From NCBI GenBank assembly GCA_965240325.2, contig OZ251223.1, forward strand, positions 62,001-126,000: 64,000 nt of DNA. The letters are read 5' to 3'. Made by a program: the position numbers and the translations under genes. The notes under the pieces are model-generated. The model ran no database searches. It had not been told where the DNA came from and worked only from the letters and a program-made list of their open reading frames with translations. This stretch comes from Rebecca billardiae RCC1528 (taxonomy: Eukaryota; Protista; Haptophyta). Below are positions 60,743-64,000 of this stretch, in pieces. Position 1 is the stretch's first letter; every line of letters begins with the position of its first letter.

Positions 60743-61941
60743 CTCCGCAGGCACGTCGCGTGAGCTGGTCGCCCGGCGGTGGGCCGAGGCTGCCTTGGCC
60801 AGGCCAAGCCGCCCGGCCCCGCCCGCCCCGGATCGGAGCCGGACTGCCGGACCTGCCTGTGCGCACAAACGCCCGTCCAGTTCCCACCGCGATCCACGGC
60901 CACACTCCACAAGCGCCACACTCCACAAGGTGCCGGGTCACCGGGGCGTGTGGCGTAGGCAGGTTGGCGCGGGCGCACGAGCGCGTGAGCATGAGCGACA
61001 GCTTCATTTTGGACGTTTCGACAGTCGCACATCCACGTCCACGTCCCTGTCCTCGTGCGACCGGCGCGCGTGAGGCTACGCAAGGGAGGGAATGGGATGG
61101 GCATCCCACGCTGACCCCTGGGCCATGCCCTGCGACGGTGTAGACCTGTCCATGTTCCGTCTGGCCCCACACGCCGTGAGTCTGACGACCAATGTTGGCT
61201 TCGCGGTAGTTGGCTACGCACGTGCGACCGCCGTATTCGTTTGGCCCCATAAACCGTTTGGCGTGTGCGCGCCTGTCAACAGCGAGGCGATCATCGACCG
61301 ATGGCTAGTGAGCTCATCAGGGCTGGTAACAGCCTTCTCTGGGACCACGTCACGCGAGTTAGGGACCTCGTCGCCCCTCAATGCCCGTGCAGAGGCACGG
61401 ATGTGCCGCGCTGACCTGGCCTTCATCTGAAGCGGCCACCGACGCCTCTCGGTCTCGGACCGTAACTCGGCCGCATTGCCAAATGTTCAGCATTGCCATC
61501 GCCCGCACCGGGAGAATGTCGTCATTCATCAAGGTGGAGTGGGCACGCAGCGCATGTTGCAACTACCAAGACCGTAGCATATGACTGACTGCCACGACTG
61601 CCACTGATATGGACGACGGCCTCTGTCACTGCTGATGACGACGGTCTGACGTAGTCTGATGATATAGACCGAATCGATCGACGAGACTGCCGTCAGCCGT
61701 GCGTGCTCATCCCGCACTGCTGCTGACGTGAAGCGAGTCCGGGCTGCCGCTGATTCCAATGATGACGATGATGGGCTGATGGCATTGGCGGGCGGACTGC
61801 CAGGCGGATTCTGCCGTTGCTGCAGTTGCCATAGCTAAGACACTCTGTACATGCAGGATGCGTGATGATGTAGTCGTGTTGATGCTCGACAGCTTCCAAG
61901 CCTTACAGAAAGAGACGGCTGGCTGTGCGCGCGGCTGCCGC

Positions 61942-63921
61942 CTACGGCTCCGTGCCAGCAGGCTGGGGCGCCGCCGGGGCGCGCGCCAGCTTTGTGCGCG
62001 ACGCGGCCACGAGAGCCACAGCCAGGACGAGCGCGACGACCAGGCCTCCGCCCGCGGCCGCGCTCGCCCGGTGCGCAGCAGCAGACCCCGCGCCTGCGGC
62101 CGCGGCCTGGCTGCCGCGCGCCGGCGCCTCCGCGGCGCTCAGCTGCCGCCGCGCCGCGGCTCCGCACCAGACGTACCCGCTGGCGGAGTAGATGCTGCAC
62201 GTGCCCTCGGGCCAGGAATAGCAACCGGTGGCGCCGCTCGCGCGCCCCGCCAGCCAGCAGCAGCCCGTGCACAGCCCGCCATAGTTGCAATCCGCGCACT
62301 CGGGCGGAGCGTCGCCCGGCGACGGCGACGGCGACGGCGCCGGCGCCGGTGATGGCGATGGGCTCGGGCTCGGGCTCGGTGAAGGCGTCGGCGTCGGCGA
62401 TGGCGTCGGGCTCGGGCTCGGGCTCGGTGAAGGCGTCGGCGATGGCGTCGGGCTCGGCGCCGGGCTGGGCGAGGGCCCGGGCGAGCCCGAGCTGAACCCT
62501 TCGTTCGCCGCCGCGAGCAGCACGCCGTCCTTGTCGTCGCTCGCCTCCCACCACATCAGCCCGCCGAGGTTGTGCGCGCGCGCGTAGCTGCCCTTGGCGC
62601 GCACCGCGTCGGCGTCGTCGTACGAGATGAAGGTGGAGCCGCCCGAGAGGTACGGCACGCCCGCGGGGTCGGACCACACGCGCGTGTACGCCCCCGACGC
62701 CGCGCTGCCGTGCGGCGGCGGCACAAAGTTCGCCTCGAGGTCCCAGTACGAGCGCACCCCGGGCTCCCACGTGCCCGCGGCCGCGCCCGTGCCCTGCCCG
62801 TACTCGCTCGGGCTGGGCGTGGCGGTGCTCCACGCGCGCCCGTACGCGGGCAGGCCGAGCACGAGCTTGGACGCGGGCACGTCGCCGAGCCAGAGCTGCA
62901 CGCCCCAGTCGATGTTGTACCGCGCGTCGCCGCCCGCCGCCACGTACTCCGGGTCGTTGTACAGCGGCGCGTTGTGCGCGAGGAGCGGCGCCCAACTGCC
63001 GTGGTAGTCGTACGTCATGAGATAGATCGCGTCGAGCACCTCGCCGAGCTGGGCGCGCGGCGCGGCGCCCGAGATGTCCGGGTTCATCCCCATCGCGATC
63101 GTGAGCTCCTTGTGCACGCTCGGCCAGCGCGCGTCCATCGCGCCGCGCAGCTCGGTGAGCAGCGAGAGGTAGTTCACCCAGTCGTCCGGCCGCTCGCCGT
63201 TGCCCGCCTCGCCGCAGCACACCGGGTACTCCCTGCGGGCACGACACGCGGCGTGCGCCGCGGGAGGACACGCGAGCGTGGTGAGCCGCGCGCGCCCCGC
63301 GCACTCGCGCCTGCGCGCACGCGTCGAACATGCCGCGCGCGCACCAGTCCACGTCGATGCCGTCCATGCCCGTGCGCTCGAGCATGGCGACCGCCGAGCT
63401 GACGAGGCCGGCGCGGCCGCTCGGGTCGGCGGCGCATGCAGAGAAGTGATCAGATTTGGTCCAGCCGCCGAGCGAGAGCGAGACATGCAGGTGCGGGTGC
63501 TGCCGCTTGAGAATCTGGAACGCGCCCATGTTGCCGTGCGGGGTCTCCGGCGGGTCGTTCCAGCTCATGCCGAGCTCGGGGTACACGATCTCAAAGTCGG
63601 CCCACGTGTCGAGCGTGCGCACCTCGCACGCCGACGTCACGTCGAAGAACGCGTACAGGACCTGCGCACGAAAGCACAATGGCGGGGTGGGAGGCGTTGG
63701 GAGGGCGTGCGCGGGCCGCGCGGCGCGTGGGCGCGCGGGTGCGCGCGGCGGGCGCGCCGCGGCGTGCGCGCACGTGCGTGATCGACTCAAACTGCATGTG
63801 CCACGGCTTGAAGCCGCGCCCGTAGATGCCCCACTGCGTGAAGTACTGCACCACGCGAGAGCCCGCGGGCGCGGGGCCGGGCGTTGGCGTTGGCGTTGGC
63901 GTTGGCGTTGGCGTTGGCGTT

Positions 63922-64000
<79 letters not shown>
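61942..64000 (-). CDS. GH18 chitinase with Pro/Thr and Pro/Ser linkers, Cys-rich module and C-terminal TM; 5' end outside the window; introns about 63662-63775 and 63233-63344
   Basis: [13 protein letters not shown]|VLYAF, SLGGW, catalytic DGIDVDW|[26 protein letters not shown] and LGGLMWW. Confidence 0.92.
63881..64000. repeat. GGCGT(T/C) hexamer repeat encoding a (Pro-Thr)n linker of the chitinase
   Basis: Read directly; it lies immediately upstream of the GH18 domain on the minus strand. Confidence 0.9.

Overview
Very GC-rich, gene-dense eukaryotic nuclear DNA. It has short (CG)n-rich spliceosomal introns with GTGCGC/GTGTGT/GTGAGC donors, (TA)n islands and a TTAGGG tract. This fits a haptophyte-type microalga such as a Pavlovales/Diacronema-like species, but the organism is my inference. 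About 15 host genes can be read: an MFS transporter, a Gly/Met-rich repeat surface protein, RPAP3, a PAP/fibrillin, a coiled-coil protein, an RTX-like Gly-rich repeat surface protein, UFD2/UBE4, two alpha/beta hydrolases, an HSF, an EF-hand Na+/Ca2+ exchanger, an ARM-BTB protein, a membrane protein, a MYND-TM protein and a GH18 chitinase running off the right edge. The most notable structures are not in the ORF track. (1) A tyrosine-recombinase (Ngaro/PAT-type) retroelement with split direct repeats at about 14.85-19.32 kb, in which a roughly 780-bp modular ATGATCGGCGC satellite occupies the expected RT position. (2) A cluster at 50.2-56.5 kb of two families of non-coding elements with terminal hairpins and asymmetric inverted repeats (Helentron/Helitron2-like). 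They sit in AT/TA tracts and include a head-to-head palindrome and a seamless head-to-tail junction. (3) Two large type-I membrane repeat proteins: one RTX beta-roll-like, one silk-like with tandem CBM2-like modules. All calls were made by eye; no searches were run.
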